A DNA stretch of 64,000 bases, taken from the IMG/VR virus record IMGVR_UViG_3300024358_000470; one strand, written 5' to 3'. This document shows, in pieces, positions 47,888 to 58,661 of the stretch; position 1 is the stretch's first letter, and the number at the start of each line of letters is the position of its first letter. The position numbers and the translations under genes were made by a program. The notes below the pieces were generated by a model that did not search any database, had not been told where the DNA came from, and was given only the letters and a program-made list of their open reading frames with translations. The stretch comes from an uncultured virus (IMG/VR IMGVR_UViG_3300024358_000470) (taxonomy: Duplodnaviria; Heunggongvirae; Uroviricota; Caudoviricetes).

Positions 47888-48642
47888 ACCGTATTAATGA
47901 TTACTCAGAATTAAAAAATAAAATAGTTTCTTGGATTCAAAATTATGCTTCTGAGAATAATATTAAATCTCTTGTAGTTGGAGTCTCTGGTGGAATTGAT
48001 TCTGCCGTTGTCTCTACTCTCTGTGCCGAGACAGGACTTCCAACATATGTTTTGTCTATGCCTCTTCATTCATCTTTTAAAAATGATGAACTATCTGATT
48101 CTTATTCCAATGTATTGGAAGATAAGTATGATAATGTAACTAAAGTTAGAATTGATTTGACTGGTACATACGATCAACTTATGAAGTCATTTGATTTCTG
48201 GACAGGGGAAGGAGAGTTTACCAAGAATAATCTTGCAAATGCAAATACAAAGTCACGCATTCGTATGGTTACTTTGTATCAAGTTGCTGGATGTGTTGGT
48301 GGTATTGTAGTTGGTACTGGGAACAAGGTTGAAGATTATGGTGTAGGATTCTATACTAAGTATGGTGATGGTGGAGTAGATATTGCTCCTATTGCCGACC
48401 TGTATAAAACTGAGGTTTGGATGTTGGGGGAACATCTTGGTGTTGATGAACGGATTATTTCTGCACCTCCTACTGATGGACTTTGGGAAGATGGTAGAAG
48501 TGATGAATCTCAAATTGGTGCTTCTTACGCAGAACTTGAAGAGGCAATGGAATTTGGGACGGGCAGTGCAGTAAAGATTCTGCAAAGATTTAATACTCAA
48601 AACAAACATAAAATGATTCCTATTCCAACTTTTACTCTGTAA
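47884..48642 (+). CDS. nadE: NH3-dependent NAD+ synthetase
   Basis: GVSGGIDS, N.KSRIRM, GTGN, FYTKYGDG, PTDGL. Confidence 0.93.
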   Translation: MNRINDYSELKNKIVSWIQNYASENNIKSLVVGVSGGIDSAVVSTLCAETGLPTYVLSMPLHSSFKNDELSDSYSNVLEDKYDNVTKVRIDLTGTYDQLMKSFDFWTGEGEFTKNNLANANTKSRIRMVTLYQVAGCVGGIVVGTGNKVEDYGVGFYTKYGDGGVDIAPIADLYKTEVWMLGEHLGVDERIISAPPTDGLWEDGRSDESQIGASYAELEEAMEFGTGSAVKILQRFNTQNKHKMIPIPTFTL

Positions 48643-48649
48643 TTATTAT

Positions 48650-49534
48650 ATGTCTTTACACTTATCGTTGGACATGAACGGAAATAAAACTGAGGGTGCG
48701 GGTGCTATGATGATGTACCCCATTATGCTCAGTTTTGTTTCCAAATTTTTTGGAGTTGAGTTTTCTTTTTCAGGAGTTAAAGACCTGTCTCACTTTGAGT
48801 ATACTGATTATACTGGTGACAGTGAATCTTGGTCCAAATCATTTGAAGAGTTTTTTAATTTTCCTAAGTTAAAAAATCCAGATGAAATAATTAGAGGTTT
48901 TTCTTTTGATCAAAATCTTGTAAATTTTATTGCAGAAAATAGAAATACTAACAAAGAAATTTTAATTGAACTTCCTCAGCATGGTGCAACTTGGCCCATG
49001 ATGTGTTTCTGTGAGCAGAATTCTGATATAATTTTTACTGAAGAGTTAGTAAAAGAGGCAAAGAATAATTTGCGATTTAGTGGAGAAAAATATTTCAATA
49101 ATGATGAGGTAAATATTGCCCTACATATAAGGACGGAAAATCCAAAAGATGTTGATGCCTCTTCAACCGAAAGGGAACTTTATAATTATGAGAGAGATTT
49201 CTCTAGATATTTGAATCTGATTGACAGGTTGAAACAAAAATATTATAATAAGAAGACAGTTCTTCATATTTACTCTCAGGGATTTACTAATTCATTTGAA
49301 GAATTTGTAAATCTAACAACAGAAATGTTTGAAGTTAAACTTCATATAGATGAACATCCAATCAGTGACTTATATCATATGATATACTCAGATTGCTTTA
49401 TTATGGCAAACAGTGCTTTTTCATATATTGCTTCATTTATGAGAACTGATTTGACCTATGTGAGAGATAATTTTTGGTGTTTCACTTATCCGTCAACAAT
49501 TAAAGTAGACTATAATTTCAATATTCCATTATGA
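48650..49534 (+). CDS. Putative glycosyltransferase (GT11-like C-terminus)
   Basis: ALHIR, NSAFSYIA. Confidence 0.5.
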   Translation: MSLHLSLDMNGNKTEGAGAMMMYPIMLSFVSKFFGVEFSFSGVKDLSHFEYTDYTGDSESWSKSFEEFFNFPKLKNPDEIIRGFSFDQNLVNFIAENRNTNKEILIELPQHGATWPMMCFCEQNSDIIFTEELVKEAKNNLRFSGEKYFNNDEVNIALHIRTENPKDVDASSTERELYNYERDFSRYLNLIDRLKQKYYNKKTVLHIYSQGFTNSFEEFVNLTTEMFEVKLHIDEHPISDLYHMIYSDCFIMANSAFSYIASFMRTDLTYVRDNFWCFTYPSTIKVDYNFNIPL

Positions 49535-50304
49535 CTGCAACAATTACCGAAGTAAAAAAGTTTTGGGATGATCGTCCCTGCAATGTCAGACATTCTTCAA
49601 AAGAGGTTGGTACTAAAGAATATTTTAATGAGGTAGAAAGAAAGAAATTTTTTGTTGAACCTCACATCCTTGACTTCACTGAATTTTCCAAATGGGAAGG
49701 TAAAAAAGTTTTAGAGATTGGTTGTGGTCTTGCTACAGTTGGTTTGAACTTTGCTCTTAATGGGGCAGATTATACTGGAGTAGAACTTTCTGAATCAAGT
49801 CTTGAACTTGCTAAACAAAGATTTGAAGTATTTGAGCAGACTGGAAAGTTTTATTCTGGAAACGCTGAAGAACTTTCAACCTTTGTCCCTGCAGAGACTT
49901 ATGATTTGGTTTATTCTTTTGGGGTAATTCATCATAGTCCTCACCCAGAAAAGATTATTTCTGAGATTAAAAAGTATATGAACGAGAATAGTGTTCTCAA
50001 GATTATGCTTTATGCAAAAGACTCTTGGAAAAATTATATGATTGAGTCTGGTCTTGATCAACCAGAAGCACAGTATGGTTGTCCAATCGCTAATACATAT
50101 ACTAAGCAAGATGTGGTAGACTTGTTGGATGGATATGAAGTTCTATCAATTGAACAGGATCATATCTTCCCCTATCAAATAGAACCTTATAAGAATGGTG
50201 AGTATGTGAGACAACCTTGGTTTGAATCCATGCCTCCGGAAATGTTTAGAGTTCTTGAAAAAAATCTTGGTTGGCATTTACTTATTACAGCAAAACTAAA
50301 ATGA
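49531..50304 (+). CDS. Class I SAM-dependent methyltransferase
   Basis: VLEIGCG, YDLVYSFGVIHH. Confidence 0.88.
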   Translation: MTATITEVKKFWDDRPCNVRHSSKEVGTKEYFNEVERKKFFVEPHILDFTEFSKWEGKKVLEIGCGLATVGLNFALNGADYTGVELSESSLELAKQRFEVFEQTGKFYSGNAEELSTFVPAETYDLVYSFGVIHHSPHPEKIISEIKKYMNENSVLKIMLYAKDSWKNYMIESGLDQPEAQYGCPIANTYTKQDVVDLLDGYEVLSIEQDHIFPYQIEPYKNGEYVRQPWFESMPPEMFRVLEKNLGWHLLITAKLK

Positions 50305-51455
50305 AAGTAGGAGTTATTGGGGCAGGTAGACTTGGTATTTGCTTTGCCCTTCTTTTAGAAAAAGCAGGTTATGAGGTTGTAGCCTCTGATGTTAGAGAAG
50401 ACTATGTAAATGGTCTTCTACAAAGAACCATTGATACTCACGAACCAGAAGTTCAGCAACTTCTTTCTGAAGCAAAGAATATTACATTTAAAACTGGAAA
50501 CTATGATGTTATCCGAGAGTGTGATGTTCTTTATACTCTGGTAGCGACGCCATCTCTTCCTGACGGAAGTTATGATGTTAGTGCTGTTTGGGGTGTTATC
50601 AATGATATTCAAAATGCTCCAGACCTTGGGATTGAAGTTAAAGGTAAATGTTTTGTAGTTGGATGTACAACTAATCCGGGTGATTGTGATAATTTTCAAT
50701 CCCAACTCAATGCTTATGGCGTAGATGTTTACTATAATCCTGAGTTTATTGCTCAGGGAAATATTATTAAGGACCTGCAGAATGCAGATATGGTCCTTGT
50801 TGGTGGACCCGAAGGTCAGTATCGCCCATTCATTGAAGAAATTTATAATAGAATTCAAGTAACAGAACCAAGAATTTATTTTATGTCAACGACTGCTGCA
50901 GAGTTAGTTAAACTTGCAGTCAATTGTTTCTTAACTACCAAGATTAGTTATGCAAATATGGTTGGCGAAGTCATGTCTCTTGCTGGTCTTGAAGAAGAAA
51001 TTGATCATGTTCTTAAAGCAATCGGTTCTGATACAAGAGTTGGTAGTAAATATCTGAAATATGGATATGGATTTGGTGGTCCGTGCTTACCAAGAGACAA
51101 TCGTTCTTTTGCTGCTTATGCAAAAAAACTTGGTTTAGAATATAACCTTGGAAAAACAACTGATGACTTTAATAATGAACACGCAAAGTTTTTGAAAACC
51201 TACTTTATCAAAAAGAACGAGAATAAAATTCCATTTGCTTTTCATTACATTTCATATAAAGAAGGAACTGATATCCTTACCGAGAGTCAGCAGTATCGTC
51301 TTTGCTTAGACCTTCTCGATGAGGGTTATAAAGTATATGTACTTGACAATCAAGCAATTCTTGGTCAAGTAAAAGATTTCCTAGAATCAAAATATGGAGA
51401 TAGAGTTGTGGTTGATGGAATTCCCAATGAAGAGGTATACTGGATTGATTTGTGA
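50301..51455 (+). CDS. ugd: UDP-glucose/GDP-mannose 6-dehydrogenase family
   Basis: GAGRLG, YNPEF, AELVKL..N, GFGGPCLPRD. Confidence 0.88.
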   Translation: MKVGVIGAGRLGICFALLLEKAGYEVVASDVREDYVNGLLQRTIDTHEPEVQQLLSEAKNITFKTGNYDVIRECDVLYTLVATPSLPDGSYDVSAVWGVINDIQNAPDLGIEVKGKCFVVGCTTNPGDCDNFQSQLNAYGVDVYYNPEFIAQGNIIKDLQNADMVLVGGPEGQYRPFIEEIYNRIQVTEPRIYFMSTTAAELVKLAVNCFLTTKISYANMVGEVMSLAGLEEEIDHVLKAIGSDTRVGSKYLKYGYGFGGPCLPRDNRSFAAYAKKLGLEYNLGKTTDDFNNEHAKFLKTYFIKKNENKIPFAFHYISYKEGTDILTESQQYRLCLDLLDEGYKVYVLDNQAILGQVKDFLESKYGDRVVVDGIPNEEVYWIDL

Positions 51456-52267
51456 TGGATTTTAATAAATTGGATAAGAATAAATCAGCATACAAACTAA
51501 AAAATATTGGACCCATTTATTATCTTAATCTTGATGGACAGCAAGAAAGGAGAGAATATATGGAGTCCCAATTTAAATATTGGGAAGTTGAAAATTATAC
51601 ACGCATCTCTGCATACGATGGTCGTGAAGATGACTTAAGTGATATTATAATAGGTCGCTATCCTGAAAATATGACATCGGGTGAGATTGGATGTATTACA
51701 TCTCACCTTAAGGCAATAAAGCATTGGTATGAAACCTCAGATAGTCCATATGCAATCATCATGGAAGATGATTGTAATCTTGATTTGGTGAAATACTGGG
51801 ATTTTAATTGGTCAGATTTTTATGCACATATTCCATATGATTGGGATGTAGTTCAAATCGCAATCATTTGTACTGGTGATTTGCATGTTAGATTGCATAA
51901 GAGATTTGTTAATGACTTTTCAACAGCTTGCTATCTTATTAATAGACATCATGCAGAAAAGTTATTGAAGTTCCATGTCCGTGGAGAAAAATATAAACTG
52001 GATAATGGAGTCAAACCTCGTCCAGTTGCGGATGATTTGATTTATAATTCTGGAAATACATATTCAATTCCTCTTCTCTTTTATAGAATTGAACTTGGAT
52101 CATCTATTCATCCGGAACATGTTGATATTTTTCATAAAGGAAATCACACTGCACTCTCCGAATTTTGGGAGCAAAATGGTTCTAAAATTAAAATAGAAGA
52201 ATACATGGATTATGATCCATATCTGGGGAGAATAACCGAAAATTCTACTTCTCAGCAAAACACTTGA
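51452..52267 (+). CDS. Glycosyltransferase family 25
   Basis: YLNL...ERR, GEIGC..SH, IMEDD. Confidence 0.85.
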   Translation: MMDFNKLDKNKSAYKLKNIGPIYYLNLDGQQERREYMESQFKYWEVENYTRISAYDGREDDLSDIIIGRYPENMTSGEIGCITSHLKAIKHWYETSDSPYAIIMEDDCNLDLVKYWDFNWSDFYAHIPYDWDVVQIAIICTGDLHVRLHKRFVNDFSTACYLINRHHAEKLLKFHVRGEKYKLDNGVKPRPVADDLIYNSGNTYSIPLLFYRIELGSSIHPEHVDIFHKGNHTALSEFWEQNGSKIKIEEYMDYDPYLGRITENSTSQQNT

Positions 52268-52292
52268 CAAAATTTAAGAATCTCTCTATACT
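52264..52292 (+). promoter_or_regulatory. sigma70-type promoter of porin gene
   Basis: TTGACA-17 nt-TATACT. Confidence 0.75.
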
Positions 52293-52359
52293 AAATAAGT
52301 ACTTAAGAATTCAGTTGTAATTCTTAACATTTGTCCTATAGTACATAAAAAATAATTTT

Positions 52360-53856
52360 ATGAAACTCAAACAACTGATGCTTGCACCTGTTGCTCTGGG
52401 AATGGTTGCTCCTGTTGCTGCGAATGCGGCAGACCTTAACATGGCAGCAGTCAACCAATATGCAACCTCTGAGCAGGTCACAAGCGTCTCACAACTGTCT
52501 GATGTTCAACCTACGGATTGGGCATATCAGGCACTCAGCAACCTTGTAGAGCGTTATGGTTGCGTTGCTGGTTATCCAAATGGCACCTTCAGTGGTGGCA
52601 AAGCAATGACTCGCTATGAGGCAGCAGCACTTCTGAATGCTTGCTTGGATCGCGTAACAGAAAATACTGATGAACTCAAGCGTCTTGCTAATGAGTTCCG
52701 TGATGAACTCACTGTTATTCAAGGTAAGGTTGCAAGTTTGGAAACCAAAGTAGGTGCTCTTGAAGCAACTCAGTTCTCTACCACCACAAAACTTCGCGGT
52801 GAAGCAAACTTTGTTCTTGGTGGTGTAGATAATGCTTGGACTCCCGGTTCAACTGCAAGTACGAATGTTGGTAATACTGCATTCAACTATGATCTTCGCC
52901 TGAACTTTGACACATCGTTCACTGGTAAAGATCTGCTCCGCACTCGTCTGCGTTCTGGCAACTTCTCCAGTCAACCCTTCGGTTCTTCTTCTTCTCTGTT
53001 CAAACTGGATAAGGCAGAGAGTACCGCAAATGCAGTTACTCTCGACCGTCTCTACTATCAGTTCCCTGCACTTGCTAAGGGTGTAACTCTGACTGCTGGT
53101 GCTCTGGTTCGTAACACTGAAATGACCTGGATTCCTACTGCATATAAGTCGGAAGTTCTTGACTTCTTCCAACTTGCTGGTGCTCCTGGCGTCTATAACA
53201 AGGCAACTGGTGCTGGTTTTGGTGCCCAGTGGTCACAAGGTAAGAAAGGTTTTGTTGCTGGTCTGAACTATGTTGCTCAAAATGGTGGCGATTCCACCAA
53301 AGGTGAGTTCAACGAAAAGGGTGCCCTGAACACTCTGGCACAGATTGGTTATCGTGCTCCTAACTACGGTATTGCATTCGGTTATCGTTATGGTACTGAA
53401 GGCACTCGTGTTCGCACCTTTAATGGTGTTGCTGGTGCTTCTGGTGCTCTTGCTCCAGGTCAAACCTCCAACGGTTATGCTCTGAGTGCTTACTGGCAAC
53501 CCTCTAAGTCTGGCATTGTTCCCTCGGTATCTGCTGGTTATGGTTGGAACACTGTAAGTCTGAATGCTGAAGGTGCAGCAACTCCTGCTGGTGCTACCGA
53601 TTCTCAAACTTGGTATGCTGGTCTTCAGTGGAGTGATGTACTTGCCAAGGGTAATTCTGCAGGTTTTGCTGTGGGTCAACCTGGTAATGCAGAAGGACTG
53701 GATGAGGATGCAACGATGTGGGAAGTATTCTACAAGTATCGTGTAAGCGATAACATTACTATTACTCCTGCAGTGTTCTATGCTTCTAACAACCAAGCAT
53801 TCACTGATGCTTCTTCCAACTTTGGTGGTGTAATCCAAACCAAATTTACTTTCTGA
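52360..53856 (+). CDS. Cyanobacterial outer-membrane porin (SLH plus OprB-like, Som type)
   Basis: Signal peptide, DVQPTDWAYQAL SLH domain, FSTTTKL.G, terminal F. Confidence 0.93.
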   Translation: MKLKQLMLAPVALGMVAPVAANAADLNMAAVNQYATSEQVTSVSQLSDVQPTDWAYQALSNLVERYGCVAGYPNGTFSGGKAMTRYEAAALLNACLDRVTENTDELKRLANEFRDELTVIQGKVASLETKVGALEATQFSTTTKLRGEANFVLGGVDNAWTPGSTASTNVGNTAFNYDLRLNFDTSFTGKDLLRTRLRSGNFSSQPFGSSSSLFKLDKAESTANAVTLDRLYYQFPALAKGVTLTAGALVRNTEMTWIPTAYKSEVLDFFQLAGAPGVYNKATGAGFGAQWSQGKKGFVAGLNYVAQNGGDSTKGEFNEKGALNTLAQIGYRAPNYGIAFGYRYGTEGTRVRTFNGVAGASGALAPGQTSNGYALSAYWQPSKSGIVPSVSAGYGWNTVSLNAEGAATPAGATDSQTWYAGLQWSDVLAKGNSAGFAVGQPGNAEGLDEDATMWEVFYKYRVSDNITITPAVFYASNNQAFTDASSNFGGVIQTKFTF

Positions 53857-53875
53857 TAAACTGAAAGTGTGATAA

Positions 53876-55168
<1,293 letters not shown>

Positions 55169-55170
55169 AC

Positions 55171-55200
55171 CTTAACCTTCTCTTAGTGGACTTTAATTTT
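55171..55200 (+). promoter_or_regulatory. Putative cyanobacterial Pho box upstream of pstS
   Basis: CTTAACCT, CTTAGTGG and TTTAATTT at about 11-bp spacing. Confidence 0.45.
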
Positions 55201-55238
55201 CATTTCCTTTAGAATTTCTTTGTAGTTATTCACTTTTT

Positions 55239-56201
55239 ATGAAACTCAAAAACTTTATTTCTATTAGTCTTGCTCTTGCTCCTGCTGCTGCATTTGCTGG
55301 GACTACTTTGAACGGTGCAGGTGCCACCTTCCCAGCACCTCTTTATCAACGATGGTTCCAAGATTATGCACGAACTTCTGGGAGTAGGGTTAATTATCAG
55401 TCCGTTGGTTCTGGTGCTGGTGTTCGTCAATTCCTTGCGGGAACGGTTGATTTCGCAGCAAGTGACGAACCCATCAAACCCGCAGAAGCGGCAAAAGTGA
55501 AGCGTGGTGTTGTCCAGATCCCTATGATTGGTGGAACGATTGCTGTTGCTTACAACAATCCTAGTTGCACTCTGAAACTCACTCAAAAGCAAACTGTTGA
55601 TATTTTTGCTGGTCGTATTAAAGACTGGAAGCAAGTCGGATGTGCTGCTGGTCCGATGAAAGTTGTTCATCGTTCTGATGGTTCTGGAACTACTTTTGCA
55701 TTCACCAACTCTTTGGAAGCATTTGGTGGTTGGACTTATGGTGTAGGTAAGTCTATTAATTGGCCTACTGGTGTTGGTTCAAAAGGTAACGAAGGTGTTT
55801 CTGGTACTATCAAAAACACTCCTGGTGCTATTGGTTATGTGAATACTGGATTTGTTCGTGCCAACAAACTTAAAGCAGCAGTTATTCAAAACAAGGCAGG
55901 TAAGTTTGTCGGTCCTTCCGCTGTGACTGGTGCTGCTGCTCTGAATAGCATTACTCTGGATGCAAACCTTGCTGGCGAAAATCCCAATCCCTCTGGAACA
56001 AATGCATATCCAATTTCTACTCTGACTTGGATCCTTGCATATAAGAAAGGTAATGGTGCTAAGACTGATGATATCCGTGCTGCTCTGAACTATGCTTTGA
56101 GCACAAAAGCACAGATGATTGCTGATGATTTGGGTTATGTTCCTCTTGCAGGTTCGGTTCTCAACAAATCACGCATTGCTGTTGGGCGTATTGGTCAGTA
56201 A
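55239..56201 (+). CDS. pstS: Phosphate ABC transporter substrate-binding protein
   Basis: GAGATFP, YQSVGSGAG, RSDGSGTT, AYPI. Confidence 0.96.
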   Translation: MKLKNFISISLALAPAAAFAGTTLNGAGATFPAPLYQRWFQDYARTSGSRVNYQSVGSGAGVRQFLAGTVDFAASDEPIKPAEAAKVKRGVVQIPMIGGTIAVAYNNPSCTLKLTQKQTVDIFAGRIKDWKQVGCAAGPMKVVHRSDGSGTTFAFTNSLEAFGGWTYGVGKSINWPTGVGSKGNEGVSGTIKNTPGAIGYVNTGFVRANKLKAAVIQNKAGKFVGPSAVTGAAALNSITLDANLAGENPNPSGTNAYPISTLTWILAYKKGNGAKTDDIRAALNYALSTKAQMIADDLGYVPLAGSVLNKSRIAVGRIGQ

Positions 56202-56232
56202 TTCCTAACAAAACTAGGTATAAATGACTACG

Positions 56233-56288
56233 AGGGGTGCTTGACACCCCTTTATTTTTGCTATATAATTGTGTAACAATTCGTAATA
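56233..56288 (+). promoter_or_regulatory. sigma70 promoter in hairpin plus HLR1-like repeat upstream of hli
   Basis: TTGACA(56241)-17 nt-TATAAT(56264); TGTAAC-5 nt-CGTAAT. Confidence 0.6.
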
Positions 56289-56297
56289 AAACGAAAA

Positions 56298-56507
56298 ATG
56301 ACTGTAACAAAAAACGAGTTTGGGCAAATGAATATGTTTGCCAAAGAACCCGCGATGTATATGACCAAGGAAGACCTTGAGCGTTATGGCATCGAACCCT
56401 ATGCAGAAAAAGCGGAGAAAATGAATGGACGCTGGGCTATGGTCGGCATTGTTGCTGGCGCTATTTCTTATGCTCTCACTGGGCACCTCTTCTTTGGAGT
56501 AGTTTGA
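56298..56507 (+). CDS. hli: High-light inducible protein
   Basis: AEKMNGRWAMVG motif. Confidence 0.92.
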   Translation: MTVTKNEFGQMNMFAKEPAMYMTKEDLERYGIEPYAEKAEKMNGRWAMVGIVAGAISYALTGHLFFGVV

Positions 56508-56516
56508 GACTTGACA

Positions 56517-56603
56517 ATGACTTCAACTATCTTTACAATAACATCAGTTGCCTTTTTTGTTTTACTGGCAGCATCCGTTGAAAAAATTTGCGAGACTTAC
56601 TAA
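56517..56603 (+). CDS. Very small membrane peptide
   Basis: 28-aa [28 protein letters not shown] read manually. Confidence 0.4.
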   Translation: MTSTIFTITSVAFFVLLAASVEKICETY

Positions 56604-56896
56604 TGACCGTTTTTAATGTCACTCTCCAATCCCCTGATGGCACCGAAACTACTATCAAATGTCCTGATGACCAGTACATCCTTGAAGCAGCAGAAGAGGC
56701 AGGTGTTGACCTCCCTTCATCGTGTAAGGCAGGCGCTTGCTCTGCCTGTGCTGGCAAACTCATTTCTGGCACCGTTGACAACGAAGAACAATCGTTCCTT
56801 GATGATGATCAACAAGCAGAAGGTTGGGTTCTCACTTGCGTTGCTTATCCCACAAGTGATTGTGTAATTCTTACTGAACAGGAAGAGAATCTGTGA
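56603..56896 (+). CDS. petF: Plant-type [2Fe-2S] ferredoxin
   Basis: [13 protein letters not shown]...LTCVAYP. Confidence 0.96.
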   Translation: MTVFNVTLQSPDGTETTIKCPDDQYILEAAEEAGVDLPSSCKAGACSACAGKLISGTVDNEEQSFLDDDQQAEGWVLTCVAYPTSDCVILTEQEENL

Positions 56897-57171
56897 GCAC
56901 TGCTGGTATGCTAGGGCAGTTCGCAATTGCCCTTCAAGAACTTGGGTGGAATGCTGATGATGAAATCTCGGTGGAGATTGGAGGAGTAGCAGTAACAGGA
57001 ACTGCTACCAGTCCAAATGCAAATCCAAAATGGGCAAAACCATTTGGAACTGTATCCTACCAAAACGATGCTTTCATCGTAATTAAAAACAAATCGAGGA
57101 ACCCAGTTGTTCCTTCACAACCAAATCCTGAACTTAAACAACACCACCTTTATCAAGGAGAAAACAAATGA
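56893..57171 (+). CDS. Hypothetical protein
   Basis: 92-aa ORF overlapping petF stop. Confidence 0.65.
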   Translation: MSTAGMLGQFAIALQELGWNADDEISVEIGGVAVTGTATSPNANPKWAKPFGTVSYQNDAFIVIKNKSRNPVVPSQPNPELKQHHLYQGENK

Positions 57172-57287
57172 AAAATCTTTTTACTGAAAAAGCTGAGCGT
57201 ATTAATGGTTGGTTTGCAATGATTGGTTTTGTTGCAGCCGCTGGTTCTTATCTTACTACCGGTCAAATTATCCCCGGTGTGTTTTGA
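57168..57287 (+). CDS. hli: High-light inducible protein (short)
   Basis: 39-aa AERINGWFAMIG...TGQIIPGVF read manually; AGGAG RBS. Confidence 0.92.
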   Translation: MKNLFTEKAERINGWFAMIGFVAAAGSYLTTGQIIPGVF

Positions 57288-57298
57288 TAGAGGTCAAA

Positions 57299-57826
57299 AT
57301 GCGTAAAGAGCAATATCAAGTTCCACAAGTACAATTTGTATTCCGTGAGAATAGTGAGTTTGTAAATCGTACATCCGCAGAACTATTCAATGGAAAGCGT
57401 GTGGTCATTTTTAGCCTGCCTGGTGCTTTCACTCCTACTTGCAGTGCCTATCAGCTACCTGGATTCGAAGAGAAATACGACGACTTTATTGGTAGTGGCA
57501 TCGACGCTATTTACTGCATCTCTGTTAATGATGGGTTTGTGATGAATGCCTGGGCACAAGACCAGAACATTGAGAAAGTAAAACTCATTCCAGATGGAAA
57601 TGCATATTTCACACGCTCTATGGGAATGCTTGTTAGTAAGTCCAACCTTGGTTTCGGTGATCGCTCTTGGCGTTATGCTGCAGTCGTGGATAACGGAATC
57701 ATCGAGAAACTGTTTGTTGAACCAGGACAGCGCGATAATGCCCCTGAAGATCCTTATGTTGAGACTACTCCAGAAAATGTTTTTGAATATGTAAAATCTA
57801 CGGTTCGAGAAACTGTTACTGCCTGA
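57299..57826 (+). CDS. Peroxiredoxin (Prx5/type II)
   Basis: LPGAFTPTCS, SVND.FVM..W, RSWRY. Confidence 0.93.
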   Translation: MRKEQYQVPQVQFVFRENSEFVNRTSAELFNGKRVVIFSLPGAFTPTCSAYQLPGFEEKYDDFIGSGIDAIYCISVNDGFVMNAWAQDQNIEKVKLIPDGNAYFTRSMGMLVSKSNLGFGDRSWRYAAVVDNGIIEKLFVEPGQRDNAPEDPYVETTPENVFEYVKSTVRETVTA

Positions 57827-57834
57827 AGATAATC

Positions 57835-57866
57835 AAGCGCCCAAAAAGGCGCTTTTTTTATAAATA
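57835..57866 (+). terminator. Terminator followed by late promoter TATAAATA (57859-57866)
   Basis: AAGCGCC..GGCGCTT plus T-run. Confidence 0.8.
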
Positions 57867-57891
57867 TCTTCAGTGTTTATAGAGATAATCC

Positions 57892-58563
57892 ATGACCCTA
57901 GATCTTCATAACTTTTTTAAGTTTTATGATGATAGCAATTCAAATCATGTTGCAGCGGTTCAGTGGTTAGAAGATAATCTTCCTCCCCAATTTTTAGACG
58001 ATGCGGAGACAGATTGGATTGGAATTTTTAGAACCAAACCCCCTACACCAGCGGTTCTAAACGTTCCATATTTCAATCAAGTAGATAACTACAGAGATGC
58101 ACATAGAACTTGCAACTCTTCATCGTGCGCTATGTGTCTTGCGTTCCTCAAGCCAGGAAGCATTAAAGGTGACGATGAATACGTCAAGAAAGTATTTGCG
58201 ATTGGTGATACAACGGACCATGCCGTACAGACGAAGGTTCTGGCAGGTTATGGCGTTAAGTCACACTTTAGTTACAATCTATCTTTTGCTGATATTGATA
58301 AAAGTTTGGACGCTGGGAAGCCCGTTGTTATTGGCATACTCCATAGGGGTTCTCTTTCTGCACCTACTGGTGGGCACATGTGCGTTGTAATTGGTAAGAC
58401 TCCAGACGGAAAAGGATATTACGTTAATGACCCATATGGATCATTGAATGATAACTATACTGGTCCTGTAACTAACGGTAAGAAAACAATCTATACCAAA
58501 GCAGTTCTTAAGCACCGTTGGTGTCCAGGAGGCAATGATGGGTGGGGCAGAATCTTCGATTAG
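57892..58563 (+). CDS. C39-like cysteine peptidase (putative cell-wall hydrolase)
   Basis: VPYFNQ, TCNSSSCAM, GGH, NDPYG. Confidence 0.8.
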   Translation: MTLDLHNFFKFYDDSNSNHVAAVQWLEDNLPPQFLDDAETDWIGIFRTKPPTPAVLNVPYFNQVDNYRDAHRTCNSSSCAMCLAFLKPGSIKGDDEYVKKVFAIGDTTDHAVQTKVLAGYGVKSHFSYNLSFADIDKSLDAGKPVVIGILHRGSLSAPTGGHMCVVIGKTPDGKGYYVNDPYGSLNDNYTGPVTNGKKTIYTKAVLKHRWCPGGNDGWGRIFD

Positions 58564-58661
58564 ATTTAAGGCAAAAATGCTTAAAGTGATCAAAGAACTT
58601 ACAAATCATGGAAAGCACGTAGAAGCAAACGAACTTTATCAACGGTATTTCGGAGAAAACA

